DNA of 64,000 nucleotides from Escherichia coli (GTDB lineage Bacteria; Pseudomonadota; Gammaproteobacteria; Enterobacterales; Enterobacteriaceae): NCBI RefSeq assembly GCF_044647545.1, contig NZ_CP172818.1; one strand, 5' to 3'. Shown piece by piece: positions 25,155 to 37,503 of this stretch (position 1 is its first letter; each line of letters starts with the position of its first letter). The notes under the pieces were generated by a model. It saw only the letters and a program-made list of their open reading frames with translations, ran no database searches and was not told where the DNA came from. The position numbers and the translations under genes were made by a program.

Positions 25155-25898
25155 ATGAAAAACACCGAACTGGAACAACTGATTAACGAAAAACTGAACA
25201 GCGCGGCGATTAGTGATTACGCGCCGAATGGTTTGCAGGTGGAAGGCAAAGAGACGGTGCAAAAAATTGTTACCGGTGTCACCGCCAGCCAGGCTTTGCT
25301 CGATGAAGCGGTGCGTCTGGGAGCGGATGCGGTCATTGTGCATCATGGCTACTTCTGGAAAGGTGAATCTCCGGTCATTCGCGGAATGAAGCGTAACCGT
25401 TTAAAAACGTTGCTGGCGAATGATATCAACCTGTATGGCTGGCATCTGCCCCTGGACGCGCATCCGGAGCTGGGTAATAACGCACAACTGGCGGCGTTAC
25501 TGGGGATCACGGTCATGGGCGAAATTGAGCCGTTGGTGCCGTGGGGCGAACTGACCATGCCTGTGCCGGGACTGGAACTGGCCTCCTGGATTGAAGCGCG
25601 TCTGGGACGTAAGCCGTTATGGTGTGGCGATACCGGACCTGAGGTGGTCCAGCGCGTCGCCTGGTGCACGGGGGGCGGGCAAAGTTTTATCGATAGCGCC
25701 GCGCGTTTTGGCGTGGATGCTTTTATTACTGGCGAAGTTTCTGAACAGACCATTCATTCAGCCCGCGAGCAGGGATTGCATTTTTATGCTGCGGGTCACC
25801 ATGCCACTGAACGCGGTGGTATTCGCGCGTTGAGCGAGTGGCTGAATGAAAATACCGATCTTGATGTGACCTTTATTGATATTCCTAATCCTGCATAA
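25155..25898 (+). CDS. ybgI: Nif3-family metal-binding protein (GTP cyclohydrolase 1 type 2 homolog)
   Basis: 247-aa ORF MKNTELEQLINEKLNSAAISDYAPNGLQVEGKE... Confidence 0.9.
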   Translation: MKNTELEQLINEKLNSAAISDYAPNGLQVEGKETVQKIVTGVTASQALLDEAVRLGADAVIVHHGYFWKGESPVIRGMKRNRLKTLLANDINLYGWHLPLDAHPELGNNAQLAALLGITVMGEIEPLVPWGELTMPVPGLELASWIEARLGRKPLWCGDTGPEVVQRVAWCTGGGQSFIDSAARFGVDAFITGEVSEQTIHSAREQGLHFYAAGHHATERGGIRALSEWLNENTDLDVTFIDIPNPA

Positions 25899-25920
25899 CG
25901 AATAATCAGAGGGATCGAAA

Positions 25921-26577
25921 GTGCAACGAGCGCGTTGTTATCTGATAGGTGAAACGGCGGTAGTGCTGGAGCTGGAACCGCCGGTGACGCTGGCTAGCCA
26001 GAAACGGATCTGGCGACTGGCGCAGCGTCTGGTGGATATGCCGAATGTGGTTGAAGTCATTCCCGGCATGAACAATATCACGGTGATTTTACGTAATCCT
26101 GAGTCGCTGGCGCTGGATGCCATAGAGCGTTTGCAACGCTGGTGGGAGGAGAGTGAGGCGCTGGAGCCGGAGTCTCGCTTTATTGAAATTCCGGTGGTTT
26201 ACGGTGGTGCAGGCGGACCGGATTTAGCGGTGGTCGCGGCGCATTGTGGGTTGAGTGAGAAACAGGTTGTTGAATTGCACTCCTCCGTGGAATACGTGGT
26301 CTGGTTTTTAGGTTTTCAACCGGGCTTCCCGTATCTCGGGAGTTTGCCGGAACAACTACACACGCCACGGCGCGCTGAACCGCGCTTGCTCGTTCCGGCA
26401 GGTTCTGTCGGGATCGGCGGGCCGCAGACCGGTGTTTATCCGCTGGCAACGCCGGGTGGCTGGCAGTTGATTGGTCATACCTCACTCAGCCTGTTTGATC
26501 CGGCGCGTGACGAACCCATCTTATTACGTCCGGGAGACAGCGTGCGCTTTGTACCGCAAAAGGAGGGAGTATGCTGA
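25921..26577 (+). CDS. pxpB: 5-oxoprolinase subunit B
   Basis: 218-aa ORF with a GTG start, upstream of pxpC/pxpA; ybgJ. Confidence 0.85.
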   Translation: MQRARCYLIGETAVVLELEPPVTLASQKRIWRLAQRLVDMPNVVEVIPGMNNITVILRNPESLALDAIERLQRWWEESEALEPESRFIEIPVVYGGAGGPDLAVVAAHCGLSEKQVVELHSSVEYVVWFLGFQPGFPYLGSLPEQLHTPRRAEPRLLVPAGSVGIGGPQTGVYPLATPGGWQLIGHTSLSLFDPARDEPILLRPGDSVRFVPQKEGVC

Positions 26578-27503
26578 AGATTATTCGTGCGGGCATGTAT
26601 ACCACTGTGCAAGATGGCGGTCGTCACGGTTTTCGCCAGTCGGGTATCAGCCACTGCGGCGCACTGGATATGCCTGCGCTGCGCATTGCTAACCTGCTGG
26701 TGGGTAATGACGCCAATGCCCCCGCGCTGGAGATCACGCTCGGTCAGTTAACGGTTGAGTTCGAAACTGATGGGTGGTTTGCTCTGACGGGTGCCGGTTG
26801 CGAAGCGCGGCTGGATGATAACGCCGTCTGGACCGGCTGGCGATTGCCGATGAAAGCAGGCCAGCGTTTAACGCTTAAACGCCCGCAGCACGGGATGCGC
26901 AGTTATCTGGCGGTCGCGGGTGGTATTGATGTTCCGCCGGTAATGGGGTCATGCAGCACCGATCTCAAAGTGGGGATTGGCGGGCTGGAAGGCCGTTTAC
27001 TGAAGGATGGTGACCGACTCCCGATTGGCAAAGCGAAGCGTGATTTTATGGAAGCGCTGGGCGTTAAACAGCTGCTGTGGGGCAACCGCATTCGCGCCTT
27101 GCCGGGGCCGGAATATCATGAGTTCGATCGCGCCTCGCAGGATGCATTCTGGCGTTCGCCCTGGCAGCTTAGCTCGCAAAGTAACCGGATGGGCTATCGC
27201 TTACAGGGGCAAATTTTAAAACGCACCACCGATCGCGAACTGTTATCTCATGGTTTGTTGCCGGGCGTGGTGCAGGTGCCGCATAACGGCCAGCCGATTG
27301 TATTGATGAACGACGCACAGACCACCGGTGGTTATCCGCGTATTGCCTGTATCATTGAGGCTGATATGTACCATCTGGCGCAAATTCCGCTCGGTCAGCC
27401 GATTCATTTTGTCCAGTGTTCACTGGAAGAGGCACTGAAAGCACGGCAAGATCAGCAACGTTATTTCGAACAATTAGCGTGGCGGCTGCACAATGAAAAT
27501 TGA
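26571..27503 (+). CDS. pxpC: 5-oxoprolinase subunit C
   Basis: 310-aa ORF overlapping pxpB and pxpA; ybgK. Confidence 0.85.
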   Translation: MLKIIRAGMYTTVQDGGRHGFRQSGISHCGALDMPALRIANLLVGNDANAPALEITLGQLTVEFETDGWFALTGAGCEARLDDNAVWTGWRLPMKAGQRLTLKRPQHGMRSYLAVAGGIDVPPVMGSCSTDLKVGIGGLEGRLLKDGDRLPIGKAKRDFMEALGVKQLLWGNRIRALPGPEYHEFDRASQDAFWRSPWQLSSQSNRMGYRLQGQILKRTTDRELLSHGLLPGVVQVPHNGQPIVLMNDAQTTGGYPRIACIIEADMYHLAQIPLGQPIHFVQCSLEEALKARQDQQRYFEQLAWRLHNEN

Positions 27504-28227
27504 CCTGAACGCCGATCTGGGCGAAGGCTGTGTCAGCGACGCAGAGCTATTAACGCTGGTTTCCTCTGCCAATATTGCCTGTGGATTTCATGCTGGCGAT
27601 GCGCAAATCATGCACGCTTGCGTGCGTGAAGCAATAAAAAATGGTGTCGCGATTGGCGCTCATCCGAGTTTTCCTGACAGGGAAAATTTTGGTCGCAGCG
27701 CTATGCAGCTGCCGCCAGAAACCGTTTACGCCCAGACGCTGTATCAAATTGGCGCGCTGGCAGCGATTGCCCGTGCGCAAGGCGGCGTAATGCGTCATGT
27801 CAAACCGCACGGCATGTTATACAACCAGGCGGCGAAAGAGGCACAACTGGCAGACGCCATCGCCAGAGCGGTATACGCTTGCGATCCGGCATTGATTCTC
27901 GTCGGGCTGGCGGGAAGCGAGCTGATTCGTGCAGGCAAGCAATATGGCCTGACAACGCGCGAGGAAGTGTTTGCCGATCGCGGTTATCAGGCAGACGGTT
28001 CGCTGGTGCCGCGAAGCCAGCCAGGCGCGTTGATTGAAAACGAAGAACAGGCGCTGGCGCAAACGTTGGAGATGGTGCAACACGGCAGAGTCAAAAGTAT
28101 CACCGGCGAATGGGCAACGGTCACGGCGCAAACGGTCTGCCTGCATGGCGATGGCGAGCACGCACTGGCGTTCGCCCGCCGATTACGAGCTACATTTGCT
28201 GAAAAGGGGATTGTTGTCGCAGCATAA
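27493..28227 (+). CDS. pxpA: 5-oxoprolinase subunit A (LamB/YcsF family)
   Basis: 244-aa [39 protein letters not shown]...; ybgL. Confidence 0.9.
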   Translation: MKIDLNADLGEGCVSDAELLTLVSSANIACGFHAGDAQIMHACVREAIKNGVAIGAHPSFPDRENFGRSAMQLPPETVYAQTLYQIGALAAIARAQGGVMRHVKPHGMLYNQAAKEAQLADAIARAVYACDPALILVGLAGSELIRAGKQYGLTTREEVFADRGYQADGSLVPRSQPGALIENEEQALAQTLEMVQHGRVKSITGEWATVTAQTVCLHGDGEHALAFARRLRATFAEKGIVVAA

Positions 28228-28262
28228 CCCCGCTTAATAAAGAATGAAAAAAGGATATCACC

Positions 28263-29054
28263 ATGCCTGAAGGCCCGGAGATCCGCCGTGCAGCGGATAA
28301 CCTGGAGGCGGCGATCAAAGGCAAACCACTAACTGATGTCTGGTTTGCCTTCCCGCAGTTAAAATCTTATCAATCACAACTTATCGGTCAACACGTTACC
28401 CATGTGGAAACGCGTGGTAAGGCGTTGTTAACTCATTTTTCCAACGAATTAACGCTCTACAGCCATAATCAGCTTTACGGCGTCTGGCGCGTGGTTGATA
28501 CCGGCAAAGAGCCGCAGACCACGCGAGTATTGCGGGTAAAACTGCAAACGGCTGACAAAACCATTCTGCTTTATAGCGCCTCGGATATTGAGATGTTGAC
28601 CCCGGAACAACTGACCACGCATCCGTTTTTACAACGCATTGGTCCCGATGTGCTGGATCCGAATCTGACGCCGGAGGTGGTAAAGGAACGATTATTGTCG
28701 CCGCGCTTTCGTAACCGTCAGTTTGCTGGATTACTGCTCGATCAGGCGTTTCTGGCTGGGCTTGGCAATTATTTGCGGGTGGAGATCCTCTGGCAGGTTG
28801 GGTTGACTGGAAATCATAAAGCGAAAGATCTCAATGCGGCGCAACTGGATGCACTCGCACACGCGTTACTGGATATTCCTCGACTTTCTTACGCTACGCG
28901 GGGGCAGGTGGATGAGAATAAGCATCATGGGGCGCTGTTTCGCTTTAAGGTTTTTCATCGTGATAGCGAACCGTGCGAACGCTGTGGCGGCATCATTGAG
29001 AAAACCACGCTGTCATCTCGCCCGTTTTACTGGTGCCCTGGCTGCCAGCACTAG
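28263..29054 (+). CDS. nei: Endonuclease VIII
   Basis: 263-aa [26 protein letters not shown]... with a C-terminal zinc finger ([25 protein letters not shown]). Confidence 0.95.
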   Translation: MPEGPEIRRAADNLEAAIKGKPLTDVWFAFPQLKSYQSQLIGQHVTHVETRGKALLTHFSNELTLYSHNQLYGVWRVVDTGKEPQTTRVLRVKLQTADKTILLYSASDIEMLTPEQLTTHPFLQRIGPDVLDPNLTPEVVKERLLSPRFRNRQFAGLLLDQAFLAGLGNYLRVEILWQVGLTGNHKAKDLNAAQLDALAHALLDIPRLSYATRGQVDENKHHGALFRFKVFHRDSEPCERCGGIIEKTTLSSRPFYWCPGCQH

Positions 29055-30097
29055 GCCGAACGCTTCGGCGCATAGGTTGAAATAAACCGTGCGATGGCAG
29101 GCCCCGTCAGCAAAATACTGAACAGGCGCAGGGTTTGCATCGCCATAATGAGCGCCATATCGGCATTGCTCCCTGCGGCGATAACCGCCACGGTATCAAG
29201 CCCGCCGGGGCTGGTGGCGAGGTAGGCAGTCATAAAATCAATGTGCATAAACCGGGTCAGTCCCCACGCCATACCCGCACAAATAGCCAGCAGAGCAAAA
29301 ATCGACAGCAGGATTTGTGGCAGTGGGCGCAATGCCCGCAGTAATATTTGTTTATCGAAACCAAGACCAATCCGCCAGCCAATTGCCATATATGCTATCG
29401 CCAGCAGCCATTCCGGGAGTTCAATCGTGATGAGCTGACCAGACTGGAGCACTGCGCCCGCCAGCATCGGGATGAGCATCGTGCCGGAAGGAAGACGTAG
29501 CAAGCATCCCGCCGTACCGGCAACGACCGCGAGCATAATCGTAAGCAGGAGATTAATGCTCACTGGCGGGAACCAGACGATCTGCTGGTTAACCGCTTCA
29601 GCGTTATCACCCAGCATCATGCGGGTGACCAGAACAGCGGCCCCCGCGACGAACAGCACTCGCAGATATTGCATAAACGCCACCAGGCGAATATCTGCGC
29701 CGTAATCTTGCGCCATAGCGACCATTGCCGCCGCGCCGCCAGGAGAAGAACCCCAGGCACCGGTATTTCCAGGCAGTGAGCTATAGCGCACCAATAACCA
29801 ACCCACGATGGCGCTGGAAAGCAGCGTCACCAGTAAAATCGCAAGCACGATCGGCCAGTTGACGGCCAGCGTGGTGAGAATCGAACCAGTGAGGTTTTGT
29901 GCAATCATGCAGCCAAGAATGGCCTGGGCGGCGAGAAAAGCGGAGCGGGGAAGTTGCAGAGTGACTCCGCGCATACTGAAGATGATCCCGGCGATCATCG
30001 GGCCAAGCAGGAGTGCCGCCGGGAGATGTAAAGCGAGGAAGCCAATAGAAAGGAGAAGTGACAGAACACATAACATTCCCCACTGCAAAACTGGCAT
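29051..30097 (-). CDS. abrB: AbrB-family membrane protein (putative regulator/transporter)
   Basis: 348-aa polytopic membrane ORF; 4-bp convergent overlap with nei. Confidence 0.8.
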   Translation of the reverse strand: MPVLQWGMLCVLSLLLSIGFLALHLPAALLLGPMIAGIIFSMRGVTLQLPRSAFLAAQAILGCMIAQNLTGSILTTLAVNWPIVLAILLVTLLSSAIVGWLLVRYSSLPGNTGAWGSSPGGAAAMVAMAQDYGADIRLVAFMQYLRVLFVAGAAVLVTRMMLGDNAEAVNQQIVWFPPVSINLLLTIMLAVVAGTAGCLLRLPSGTMLIPMLAGAVLQSGQLITIELPEWLLAIAYMAIGWRIGLGFDKQILLRALRPLPQILLSIFALLAICAGMAWGLTRFMHIDFMTAYLATSPGGLDTVAVIAAGSNADMALIMAMQTLRLFSILLTGPAIARFISTYAPKRSA

Positions 30098-30248
30098 CCG
30101 TCACTCCCTGTTTAACTTACCTTTGGTGTATCGATACAGCATAAAGAATGCGCCTCAACGAAAAAATAGCGGTAATCAAGAAAAAGGGGAAAATCAGCAA
30201 TTTTCTGAAAGAGATGCCCTTTCCGGCGGCAAAGGGCATCATGGTAAA

Positions 30249-31310
30249 TCAGTTATAGTTAATCTTAAAAAGCACCACTGTATCGAAGGGGCCAGCCTCG
30301 ATGGGGGTGCCTGGAATGGACGAAAGTTCAGCCGTATAGGTTTTTTCGTAGACCAACATGTCACTGGTGAAATCGGCGTATTCAGCATATTTATTGAAGG
30401 TATAAGGCGAGGCGTTTTCATCCAGTAAACGTAGCTTCAGACCATTACCAATCAACAATGCTTTATCTTCTTCAACCAACGTTTCTTCGGTATAAAAGGA
30501 GGAACTGACTTTAAATCCGTCGGTGCATTGATCGTTTTGGCTCTTGGTCGTTTTAATACTGAACGTTTTCGACATTGTGTGGCGACGTATATCCAGCAAA
30601 TTAAATTTACCAAAATCAATCACCTGTGTTTCCGGTGAAATGGAAAAATTGACGCTGCAATCCAGCACGCGAATGTTTTCCAGACCAGTAATATGATATT
30701 TCAGGTTTTGGGCAGTAGGGTCTTCGTTAACGCTACCGGCACCGTCAAATTGCACGACGATATAGTCGCTAAGCGTACTTTGATAATCATGCGGCGGCAT
30801 TTCTCGTATTTTGACGTATAACCGCATGCGAGCGAGAAAGGTACGCGACATATGAATATTAGCGGGATCGCCCGAGCAAATTTTGTTCTGCCATCCCATC
30901 GCGATGATCTGCTCAGGGGTATAAATATCAATGTTCTTACTGTCGATACACTGGTTAGTGTCGATGCGACTTTTTCCCAGACTGGCATCGTAATCGACAC
31001 CGTTGTATGTCACGCCGAGTTGATAATAACGATCCTGCACCCCCGGATAGGGGTTTACCCAGGCGTAGACATGCTCGCTTTCAAAGTTGCCGTTGGTATT
31101 GTTGTCACAATAGACGGGAATTTTAATATCGTCAGATTCCCAGATCTTATCACCGGGTTTGGCATTGCCTGGTACAGCAAACGGTTGAATCGCTTCTGAT
31201 TTTTCTACTGCGCCACCAGATGTACCAAAATAGCAGTTCAGCGCCATTGCAGACTTCAACGGCAGAAATAACAGGCAGATGACGAGCAACAATCCCTTGC
31301 CAGCACTCAT
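30249..31310 (-). CDS. ybgO: Fimbrial adhesin-like protein (cryptic chaperone-usher operon)
   Basis: 353 aa from [23 protein letters not shown] (signal peptide); last gene of the ybgD-Q-P-O operon. Confidence 0.8.
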   Translation of the reverse strand: MSAGKGLLLVICLLFLPLKSAMALNCYFGTSGGAVEKSEAIQPFAVPGNAKPGDKIWESDDIKIPVYCDNNTNGNFESEHVYAWVNPYPGVQDRYYQLGVTYNGVDYDASLGKSRIDTNQCIDSKNIDIYTPEQIIAMGWQNKICSGDPANIHMSRTFLARMRLYVKIREMPPHDYQSTLSDYIVVQFDGAGSVNEDPTAQNLKYHITGLENIRVLDCSVNFSISPETQVIDFGKFNLLDIRRHTMSKTFSIKTTKSQNDQCTDGFKVSSSFYTEETLVEEDKALLIGNGLKLRLLDENASPYTFNKYAEYADFTSDMLVYEKTYTAELSSIPGTPIEAGPFDTVVLFKINYN

Positions 31311-32035
31311 TTCGCCTCCACTGCTTGTAAACGGCATTGTCCGCTGCAGTTGAGCGTCGTCATGCGTAATGCGCCGTAATCATCCATGTAACCGAGATAA
31401 AACTGGCTGCCGCTATAACTTCCGGTGTTTGTGTTGACCGTACTAAAAGGTGCAACCATCACGGTTTTGAAGCCTGGGAGAACGCCTTTTTCATTTCTCC
31501 CCAGATAGGCAATGGTCAGATAATACGCGGTAGGATTTTTCAGTGTCAGTTGGTTGCCCTGCTGGCTGACCTGTAACTGCAGTTCGACCTTTTCTCCTGC
31601 TTTCTTGCGTAATGCAGCCGGTCGCCAGAACAATTTAATACGACTTTGAATAGCGACCTGAAGTATCGCATGGTCGCTGCTTTTATCCGGAGCGGGAGGA
31701 ATTTCGCGCATATTGTAGAAAAATAGCGTTTCGCGATCGCCAGGTAATTGTGTGGTTGAGGCTTGTTTCACAACCCGCACCTGCGATGTCGCTTTCGGTT
31801 CCAGACGTTGAATAGGGGGCAAAGCGACCAGAAGAGCATCGCTTTTCTCCCCTTTTTCATTTTCTATCCAGGAATAAGCAAGATAAGGCAGTTTGTCACT
31901 TTGGTTTTCGATACGCAGGCTGGTGGCTTTGTCATTGGCGTTAAACACAATGCGTGTGCGATCGGGTTGCACCGCAGCATTGCAACCCAAGCTGATGGTT
32001 AACAACATTAAGGGTAATCCTTTAATAAATGTCAT
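31307..32035 (-). CDS. ybgP: Periplasmic fimbrial chaperone
   Basis: 242 aa from [21 protein letters not shown]; PapD-like. Confidence 0.8.
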   Translation of the reverse strand: MTFIKGLPLMLLTISLGCNAAVQPDRTRIVFNANDKATSLRIENQSDKLPYLAYSWIENEKGEKSDALLVALPPIQRLEPKATSQVRVVKQASTTQLPGDRETLFFYNMREIPPAPDKSSDHAILQVAIQSRIKLFWRPAALRKKAGEKVELQLQVSQQGNQLTLKNPTAYYLTIAYLGRNEKGVLPGFKTVMVAPFSTVNTNTGSYSGSQFYLGYMDDYGALRMTTLNCSGQCRLQAVEAK

Positions 32036-32049
32036 TCTCTTTTCCTTAA

Positions 32050-34506
32050 TTAATGACAAGGTAAAATCAGGCGTTTGGTCGTGTCTTCCAGACGTTCTGG
32101 CAGATGAATAATGCAGCTTTGCTCACCCCAGACCACGGTAAACAGTTGATTTTCAGCGACACCGCTTAACCAGGCATGTCCTTCCTCGCCAACCATACCC
32201 ACGCTAATGCCGCTGTCATCCTGGCGGATATCCGCACCGAGGGGAGGGAACTGACCGCTGGCGTTGCGTATGATGACGTTAACGTCTTTACCGGAACGGG
32301 AAGCCAGTGATTTGTAACCTATCGCGCCTTCAATCCATGTTTCCTTGATGACGTTTTCTGCAACTGTTACGCCGTCGGGTAAGTCATTCATGTTCACCGC
32401 CACGGTGGAAGGCTGGTAACTGGAAATCAACGGCACCACCGCAATGCCAAAATGGTTGGTGTAGTCGAGATTGCCCTGAACCGGAATATCTGCCACGCCA
32501 TCGGTGCTGACCATCAGGCGTGGTTCATTGGTGGAGCTGCGGCGATGAAATGCTGCACCATATTGGGTTGCGGTGAAAGAACCGCTCCAGCTGCTGCTGA
32601 CGGAACTGTAATCACTGGCGGCATAGGTACCAGAAATATCCCACTCACCCGCTGAACTCAGGTGCTGATAGTTACCGCTCACCTGGGCTCCATTGTCCGG
32701 ACGATCGGATTGCAGTCCGGCAGACATGCCCCAGCTATTACGTTCATCCAGCGTATCGTTCCACGACATGCGGTGTATGGTGCTGTGGCTACTGTTTTGC
32801 ATGTCATAGCCAACCCGACCACCGTTACCGAAGGGGAGCGAAATCGACAGATAAATCTGGTTGTCGCGATCTTTATCTTCGTAGTGGGTCGTATTGAATG
32901 ACGTCGAAATCGAGATATCTCTCCAGTCACCAATATCAACATTAAAACCTGCTGTGATGTTGGCGGTCGTGGAGGCGTCTGCATTCCACCAGGTTTGATG
33001 TAGCAGGTTGGCGTAAAGATTGAGGTTTAGTGGGGTAATCGGTTGGCCCACGGATAAGCTGATCGTCTGTTTTTCGTCCTGCGCATCGCTGTCGTTGTAT
33101 TTGTGATCCAGATAGTTGGCGTAGCTGTGAAAATGACGATCTGAGAAGCGATAAGCGGCGAGCGAAATCGTGCTGTTGGTGGCATCCACTTGTTTGCTGT
33201 AATTAAAACGGTAGCTTAAGCCCCGCTCGTCCTGCTGAGTATCAAAATGGCTACTGGCCCAGGTGACATCAAAGGACAGTGCGCCAAGCCACAGCATATT
33301 TTGCCCGATACCCATTGCGGCAGAATGGTAGTCATCATCAGAAATCAGCAGGCCGCCGTACAGCGAGGTGTTTGAGAGCATCCCCCAGGAAACTTCATTG
33401 CTAAAAAAGGTTTCATTTTCAGTTTGATGTGACATGGAAGGCCGTGGCTGACCCGCGGCCAATTTATAGCGAACCTGTCCCTGGCGAGTCAGGAAGGGCG
33501 TCGATGCTGCCGAAACCTGGAAATTGTTCACCCGACCATCTTCTTCCGTCACTTTGACATCCAGCGTGCCCTGAACAGACTGATTGAGGTCATCAATAAT
33601 AAACGGGCCTGGCGGGACTTTTTTCTGGTAAATGACGCGGCCTGATTGACTGATCGTCACCGTGGCATTGGTCTGTGCAATACCGCTAATTTGTGGGGCG
33701 TAGCCACGCAGCTCCCACGGTAACATTCGATCGTCACTCGCCAGTGCCGCGCCGGTATAAGAAAAACCATCGAAAATATTGGAACTGAAATCGGTTTCGC
33801 CGAGGGTTAACTTAGAGCCTAATTGCGGTAATGGACGAAAAAGATAGGTGCGCGATATTCCGCCTGACTGGTCATGGTTATCTTCGCTATCGGTCTTATT
33901 AAGCTGGTAATCACTGCGTAAGCGCCATGCCCCGGCGTTAATTCCGGCGGTACCGTAGGCATTCAGGTTAGTGCTGCTGCTGCCGTCCTGTGGGCGGTAG
34001 CTGCTGGCAAACAAGTTGTAATCCATCAGGACACCGGCAACACCTTCTTTCCATGTAGAGGGGGGAGCCCAGTTTTCTGAGTGCCACGCCAGCCAGGCTT
34101 GCGGAATACTAATATTCAGTTGCTGATTGGCTTGATCGAAATTGAAGAGCATTTCAGGTCGGGAACTGAAATCAATACACCGATCTATCTGTGGCAAGGA
34201 CTGACGGATATCTGGTTTTAAACCAAATTTATCGACCAGTGAATCATTGATGCATGGAATGGTTTTGTCACCCTTTTTTTGCCAGTTAATTTTTTGCCCA
34301 TTACTGATTTTGTTGTTATTCACCGCAACGCTAACAAAATATTCACCGGGAGCAATGACTCCTTTTTCCTTTAATAATGAAATATCAATGCGGTCGCGCA
34401 TTGATTTATCGAGAACATTCAGATTGAATTCGACCGCCATTGCGCAAGGCATCGCCATGACCAGGCAGGATACAAAAGAGAGTCGATAAATATTCACGGT
34501 GTCCAT
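32050..34506 (-). CDS. ybgQ: Outer-membrane fimbrial usher
   Basis: About 815-818 aa usher; start chosen at the ATG after the intercistronic hairpin; a GTG three codons downstream is an alternative. Confidence 0.8.
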   Translation of the reverse strand: MDTVNIYRLSFVSCLVMAMPCAMAVEFNLNVLDKSMRDRIDISLLKEKGVIAPGEYFVSVAVNNNKISNGQKINWQKKGDKTIPCINDSLVDKFGLKPDIRQSLPQIDRCIDFSSRPEMLFNFDQANQQLNISIPQAWLAWHSENWAPPSTWKEGVAGVLMDYNLFASSYRPQDGSSSTNLNAYGTAGINAGAWRLRSDYQLNKTDSEDNHDQSGGISRTYLFRPLPQLGSKLTLGETDFSSNIFDGFSYTGAALASDDRMLPWELRGYAPQISGIAQTNATVTISQSGRVIYQKKVPPGPFIIDDLNQSVQGTLDVKVTEEDGRVNNFQVSAASTPFLTRQGQVRYKLAAGQPRPSMSHQTENETFFSNEVSWGMLSNTSLYGGLLISDDDYHSAAMGIGQNMLWLGALSFDVTWASSHFDTQQDERGLSYRFNYSKQVDATNSTISLAAYRFSDRHFHSYANYLDHKYNDSDAQDEKQTISLSVGQPITPLNLNLYANLLHQTWWNADASTTANITAGFNVDIGDWRDISISTSFNTTHYEDKDRDNQIYLSISLPFGNGGRVGYDMQNSSHSTIHRMSWNDTLDERNSWGMSAGLQSDRPDNGAQVSGNYQHLSSAGEWDISGTYAASDYSSVSSSWSGSFTATQYGAAFHRRSSTNEPRLMVSTDGVADIPVQGNLDYTNHFGIAVVPLISSYQPSTVAVNMNDLPDGVTVAENVIKETWIEGAIGYKSLASRSGKDVNVIIRNASGQFPPLGADIRQDDSGISVGMVGEEGHAWLSGVAENQLFTVVWGEQSCIIHLPERLEDTTKRLILPCH

Positions 34507-34519
34507 ACCTGATAAATAT

Positions 34520-34545
34520 TTTATGAAAGGCGGCGATGATGCCGC
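34520..34545 (-). terminator. Intercistronic hairpin between the fimbrial major-subunit gene and the usher gene
   Basis: ggcggcatcatcgccgcc followed by a T-rich tract on the reverse strand. Confidence 0.45.
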
Positions 34546-34556
34546 CAAAATAATAC

Positions 34557-35123
34557 TTATTTATAATCCAGCACGTAGGTTGCGTTAGCGGTTACTTCAC
34601 CTGCCGTGACATCGACTGCATTATCAATTTGTTCCATCCAGGCGAAAAAGTTCAGCGTCTGTTCTGATGAGCTTGCATCCAGGTCAAGATCTGGCGCGGC
34701 TGAACCTAATACGATGTTACCGTCATTTTTGTCCATCAGTCGTACACCGACCCCAGTTGCTTCGCCTGCACTGGTGTTGCTCAACAAAGGCGTAGCACCA
34801 GTTGTCTTAGCCGTGCTATCGAAGGTTACGCCAACTTTGGATACCGGCATTCCGCTACCGTTGTCAGAAGCAGGCAGATCACAGTTGATCAAGCGAATGT
34901 CGACGGCCACTTTATTGCTATGATGCTCCCGGTTTATATGGGTTGTCGTGACTTGTCCAAGATCTATGTTTTTATCAATATCTTCTGGATGAATTTCACA
35001 AGGTGCTTCAATAACCTCCCCCTTAAAGTGAATTTCGCCAGAACCTTCATCAGCAGCATAAACAGGTGCAGTGAACAGCAGAGATACGGCCAGTGCGGCC
35101 AATGTTTTTTGTCCTTTAAACAT
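34557..35123 (-). CDS. ybgD: Fimbrial major subunit-like protein
   Basis: 188-aa ORF with signal peptide MFKGQKTLAALAVSLLFTAPVYA and a fimbrial subunit fold. Confidence 0.85.
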   Translation of the reverse strand: MFKGQKTLAALAVSLLFTAPVYAADEGSGEIHFKGEVIEAPCEIHPEDIDKNIDLGQVTTTHINREHHSNKVAVDIRLINCDLPASDNGSGMPVSKVGVTFDSTAKTTGATPLLSNTSAGEATGVGVRLMDKNDGNIVLGSAAPDLDLDASSSEQTLNFFAWMEQIDNAVDVTAGEVTANATYVLDYK

Positions 35124-35451
35124 AACAGAGTCCTTTAAGGATATAGAATAGGGGTATAGCTACGCCAGAATATCGTATTTGATTATTGCTAGTTTTTAGT
35201 TTTGCTTAAAAATATTGTTAGTTTTATTAAATGCAAAACTAAATTATTGGTATCATGAATTTGTTGTATGATGAATAAAATATAGGGGGGTATAGATAGA
35301 CGTCATTTTCATAGGGTTATAAATGCGACTACCATGAAGTTTTTAATTGAAAGTATTGGGTTGCTGATAATTTGAGCTGTTCTATTCTTTTTAAATATCT
35401 ATATAGGTCTGTTAATGGATTTAATTTTTACAATTTTTTATGTTCAGCCAT

Positions 35452-35484
35452 ATAAAAAGAACCCGCTCTATTAAAGGCGGGTCC
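35452..35484 (-). terminator. Intrinsic terminator downstream of gltA
   Basis: acccgc...gcgggt hairpin followed by a T-tract on the reverse strand. Confidence 0.55.
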
Positions 35485-35505
35485 GGAAAGTAAACGGCTT
35501 AGCAA

Positions 35506-36795
35506 TCAATCATTAACGCTTGATATCGCTTTTAAAGTCGCGTTTTTCATACCTGTGTAAAGCTGACGCGGACGGGCAATCTTCATACCGTCACTGTGCA
35601 TTTCGCTCCAGTGGGCGATCCAGCCAACGGTACGCGCCATCGCGAAGATCACGGTGAACATAGAAGACGGAATACCCATCGCTTTCAGGATGATACCAGA
35701 GTAGAAATCGACGTTCGGGTAGAGTTTCTTCTCGATAAAGTACGGGTCGTTCAGCGCGATGTTTTCCAGCTCCATAGCCACTTCCAGCAGGTCATCTTTG
35801 GTACCCAGCTCTTTCAGCACTTCATGGCAGGTTTCACGCATTACGGTGGCGCGCGGGTCGTAATTTTTGTACACGCGGTGCCCGAAGCCCATCAGGCGGA
35901 AAGAGTCATTTTTGTCTTTCGCACGACGAACAAATTCCGGAATGTGTTTAACGGAGCTGATTTCTTCCAGCATTTTCAGCGCCGCTTCGTTAGCACCACC
36001 GTGCGCAGGTCCCCACAGTGAAGCAATACCTGCTGCGATACAGGCAAACGGGTTCGCCCCCGAAGAGCCAGCGGTACGCACGGTGGAGGTAGAGGCGTTC
36101 TGTTCATGGTCAGCGTGCAGGATCAGAATACGGTCCATAGCACGTTCCAGAATCGGATTAACTTCATACGGTTCGCACGGCGTGGAGAACATCATATTCA
36201 GGAAGTTACCGGCATAGGAGAGATCGTTGCGCGGGTAAACGAATGGCTGACCAATGGAATACTTGTAACACATCGCGGCCATGGTCGGCATTTTCGACAG
36301 CAGGCGGAACGCGGCAATTTCACGATGACGAGGATTGTTAACATCCAGCGAGTCGTGATAGAACGCCGCCAGCGCGCCGGTAATACCACACATGACTGCC
36401 ATTGGATGCGAGTCGCGACGGAAAGCATGGAACAGACGGGTAATCTGCTCGTGGATCATGGTATGACGGGTCACCGTAGTTTTAAATTCGTCATACTGTT
36501 CCTGAGTTGGTTTTTCACCATTCAGCAGGATGTAACAAACTTCCAGGTAGTTAGAATCGGTCGCCAGCTGATCGATCGGGAAACCGCGGTGCAGCAAAAT
36601 ACCTTCATCACCATCAATAAAAGTAATTTTAGATTCGCAGGATGCGGTTGAAGTGAAGCCTGGGTCAAAGGTGAACACACCTTTTGAACCGAGAGTACGG
36701 ATATCAATAACATCTTGACCCAGCGTGCCTTTCAGCACATCCAGTTCAACAGCTGTGTCCCCGTTGAGGGTGAGTTTTGCTTTTGTATCAGCCAT
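35506..36795 (-). CDS. gltA: Citrate synthase; the last about 12 codons are frameshifted relative to the canonical C-terminus
   Basis: Matches GltA up to ...[10 protein letters not shown], then reads [14 protein letters not shown]; the +1 frame from the same point encodes [12 protein letters not shown] ending at 35513. Confidence 0.9.
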   Translation of the reverse strand: MADTKAKLTLNGDTAVELDVLKGTLGQDVIDIRTLGSKGVFTFDPGFTSTASCESKITFIDGDEGILLHRGFPIDQLATDSNYLEVCYILLNGEKPTQEQYDEFKTTVTRHTMIHEQITRLFHAFRRDSHPMAVMCGITGALAAFYHDSLDVNNPRHREIAAFRLLSKMPTMAAMCYKYSIGQPFVYPRNDLSYAGNFLNMMFSTPCEPYEVNPILERAMDRILILHADHEQNASTSTVRTAGSSGANPFACIAAGIASLWGPAHGGANEAALKMLEEISSVKHIPEFVRRAKDKNDSFRLMGFGHRVYKNYDPRATVMRETCHEVLKELGTKDDLLEVAMELENIALNDPYFIEKKLYPNVDFYSGIILKAMGIPSSMFTVIFAMARTVGWIAHWSEMHSDGMKIARPRQLYTGMKNATLKAISSVND

Positions 36796-37503
36796 TTAAG
36801 GTCTCCTTAGCGCCTTATTGCGTAAGACTGCCGGAACTTAAATTTGCCTTCGCACATCAACCTGGCTTTACCCGTTTGTTATTTGGCTCGCCGCTCTGTG
36901 AAAGAGGGGAAAACCTGGGTACAGAGCTCTGGGCGCTTGCAGGTAAAGGATCCATTGATGACGAATAAATGGCGAATCAAGTACTTAGCAATCCGAATTA
37001 TTAAACTTGTCTACCACTAATAACTGTCCCGAATGAATTGGTCAATACTTCCACACTGTTACATAAGTTAATCTTAGGTGAAATACCGACTTCATAACTT
37101 TTACGCATTATATGCTTTTCCTGGTAATGTTTGTAACAACTTTGTTGAATGATTGTCAAATTAGATGATTAAAAATTAAATAAATGTTGTTATCGTGACC
37201 TGGATCACTGTTCAGGATAAAACCCGACAAACTATATGTAGGTTAATTGTAATGATTTTGTGAACGGCCTATACTGCCGCCAGGTCTCCGGAACACCCTG
37301 CAATCCCGAGCCACCCAGCGTTGTAACGTGTCGTTTTCGCATCTGGAAGCAGTGTTTTGCATGACGCGCAGTTATAGAAAGGACGCTGTCTGACCCGCAA
37401 GCAGACCGGAGGAAGGAAATCCCGACGTCTCCTGGTAACAGAAAGTTAACCTCTGTGCCCGTAGTCCCCAGGGAATAATAAGAACAGCATGTGGGCGTTA
37501 TTC
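36796..37503. promoter_or_regulatory. Divergent gltA / sdhCDAB-sucABCD promoter region
   Basis: 708-bp AT-rich intergenic region between divergently transcribed gltA and sdhC; individual sites not resolved. Confidence 0.5.
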
